This document shows positions 62,341 through 64,000 of a stretch of 64,000 nt of DNA, one piece after another. Position numbers and translations under genes: made by a program. Source of the stretch: Marsupella aquatica (taxonomy: Eukaryota > Plantae > Marchantiophyta); contig OZ316897.1 of the NCBI GenBank assembly GCA_973895155.1, positions 15,127,375 to 15,191,374 of the forward strand. The letters are read 5' to 3'. The notes below the pieces were generated by a model that was given only the letters and a program-made list of their open reading frames with translations, did not search any database and was not told the DNA's origin. Position 1 is the first letter of the stretch; every line of letters starts with the position of its first letter.

Positions 62341-64000
62341 TTTACTTTTCAAGCAATGGTCCTCAATTAGACGCACGTTCTCACTCTACGTACATAGATA
62401 TAGTCCCATATTTTCTCACTTGCAGCGCACTGCCCAATTGGTCGGAATCTTGCATGACATTGAATGGATCTTTCTGGTTGCTTGCAAGTCAGGGATGTTT
62501 GGCGCAAGGATGGCCGGATGGAAGGAAAAGAATTCCACAGACCCAGATTGCTCCCTTTGCTGTGGGCTCCTTGTAAGGGTATTTGCCTCTGGGTGCTTGA
62601 TTATGGATGATTAACATTTGGTACAATATATTCTCTTTGCTAGTCGGCAGGTGATTTCTTTCATTCGATTTTTCATGTTTGTGCAATAGATATAGTCCCG
62701 GATATAGTATTCGTGCTGCTGCCCAGCGGCATAAACAAAAAATAAAATAAACTGACAAACTTTGGTAGGACATTGTGTCGTCGCCTGATCAGTCTGGATA
62801 CCTGTACCTGGGCCTCCGTTGAATTCACACTGTAGTGAATGCCTGAACTTGGTGGAGACCTGAGCCTGAACCAGCAAATGATAAACTGATCAGGTAGGTG
62901 GACGAAGACACAATAATCGCAGACTGATTAGTTTGTAAATGCCTGAGCCTCCGTTGTACTTCCACGCACTTTAGTGAAGAGAGCATGATGTAGAAGCCAG
63001 AACTGCTTGCTTCACTGGTTTTTTTTTTATAGTTGTGAGTATCGTTGTGAACAAATTTAGGCAAAAATATTTAGGCAAAAATAGTCAGAGTGTAGTCACG
63101 ACATGCTTTTCAATCAGGGTGTTAAAACCAGGTACTAACATGTTAACATATTAATGCAAACTGCTGCGATCAACCTTGTAAGTTATTTGCTCAGAGCTCT
63201 CTGCTCTGCAATCATTTCTTTGACCATATTTTCTATCTAATAGAAGAAAAATAGATAAAGAAACAAATGTTCCAATTGTAAGGCCATTGTGCCTGAATTT
63301 AGTTTCTAGACAATAGATATATCAAGTTCATTGAATTGCCCAGAGAAGTGATTTTCAATGAAAAAAGCCATTTACTGGCCGGAGAGGCTAGTGTAAAAGA
63401 GTGCAGCCACTGAGGCAGCCACCCTTCCAAGCATATCTAGGTCGACTGCTGCATAGACGATGAACAACCCACTGAGTAAAGGAAGCAATGGCGCTCTGTA
63501 CAGCATGTTCCATTCACCAAATGTTTTCAGAATTAAACTTTTCATTAGTTCTTCTTATAACAATAATTACCGTAGTTTGTAACCGCTGTTGTCTGAGTTA
63601 TGGTGCAGCAGTATGAACGAGATCAGTCCATGGACCCCAACCGGGCTGCTTGTAATAAATCGCGTACGTTACATGTTTCCTGAGCATCTACAATCTCAAC
63701 TTCGGGAAGATGAGCTTTTGTCCAACTCAAACTCGCATACGAATCAATGTACTCATATATCCAGAGAAACGCGGACGGAAAAGGTCGCCTTTTCCAGACG
63801 AGGCTTTACACTGCGACCGATCTGATAACTTAACAGGTTAATGTCCGTGAAACACTGGTCGTAATTGGCTTCCATATCCATAACTGATTGAAATTGAACC
63901 ATCTAAAATGCCCCTAAGTAAGATGCAACTCCACCGACCAAGAAAACATAACACCCGTCGATCAGGGACCTTACCGTGGAGGCGGGACTTAATTGGAGGA

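Noticed and set aside
62420-62614. CxxC-containing stretch resembling a LINE zf-RVT remnant
   Set aside because: Too short and degenerate to support a call.

Overview
This window is eukaryotic land-plant nuclear DNA. It has GT-AG introns, RLK/Pelle kinases, an F-box/kelch gene, a REF/SRPP gene and TTTAGGG motifs. The gene-family flavour suggests a bryophyte or liverwort, but that is inference. Genes: a 5'-truncated repeat-rich protein; two related minus-strand cytoplasmic WAK/LRK10L-type kinases; an intronless SDR dehydrogenase that looks basidiomycete rather than plant; an F-box/kelch protein; a REF/SRPP lipid-droplet protein; a frameshifted BTB-BACK-SPRY pseudogene; a short pseudogene; and an intronless acidic RRM protein. 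The intergenic DNA holds a PIF/Harbinger element, a hAT-type MITE family and many short tandem duplications. The leading candidate for novel biology is the kinase at 4497-6190. I predict it is spliced to an upstream exon encoding a retrotransposon Gag-capsid-like domain, giving a Gag-kinase fusion, and it lies 12 kb from a conventionally intron-rich paralog. The second candidate is a possible fungus-derived SDR gene inside a 12-kb interval bracketed by ~480-bp inverted repeats and close to a BTB-SPRY gene resembling arbuscular-mycorrhizal fungal families. All homology calls are from motif recognition by eye; no database searches were run.
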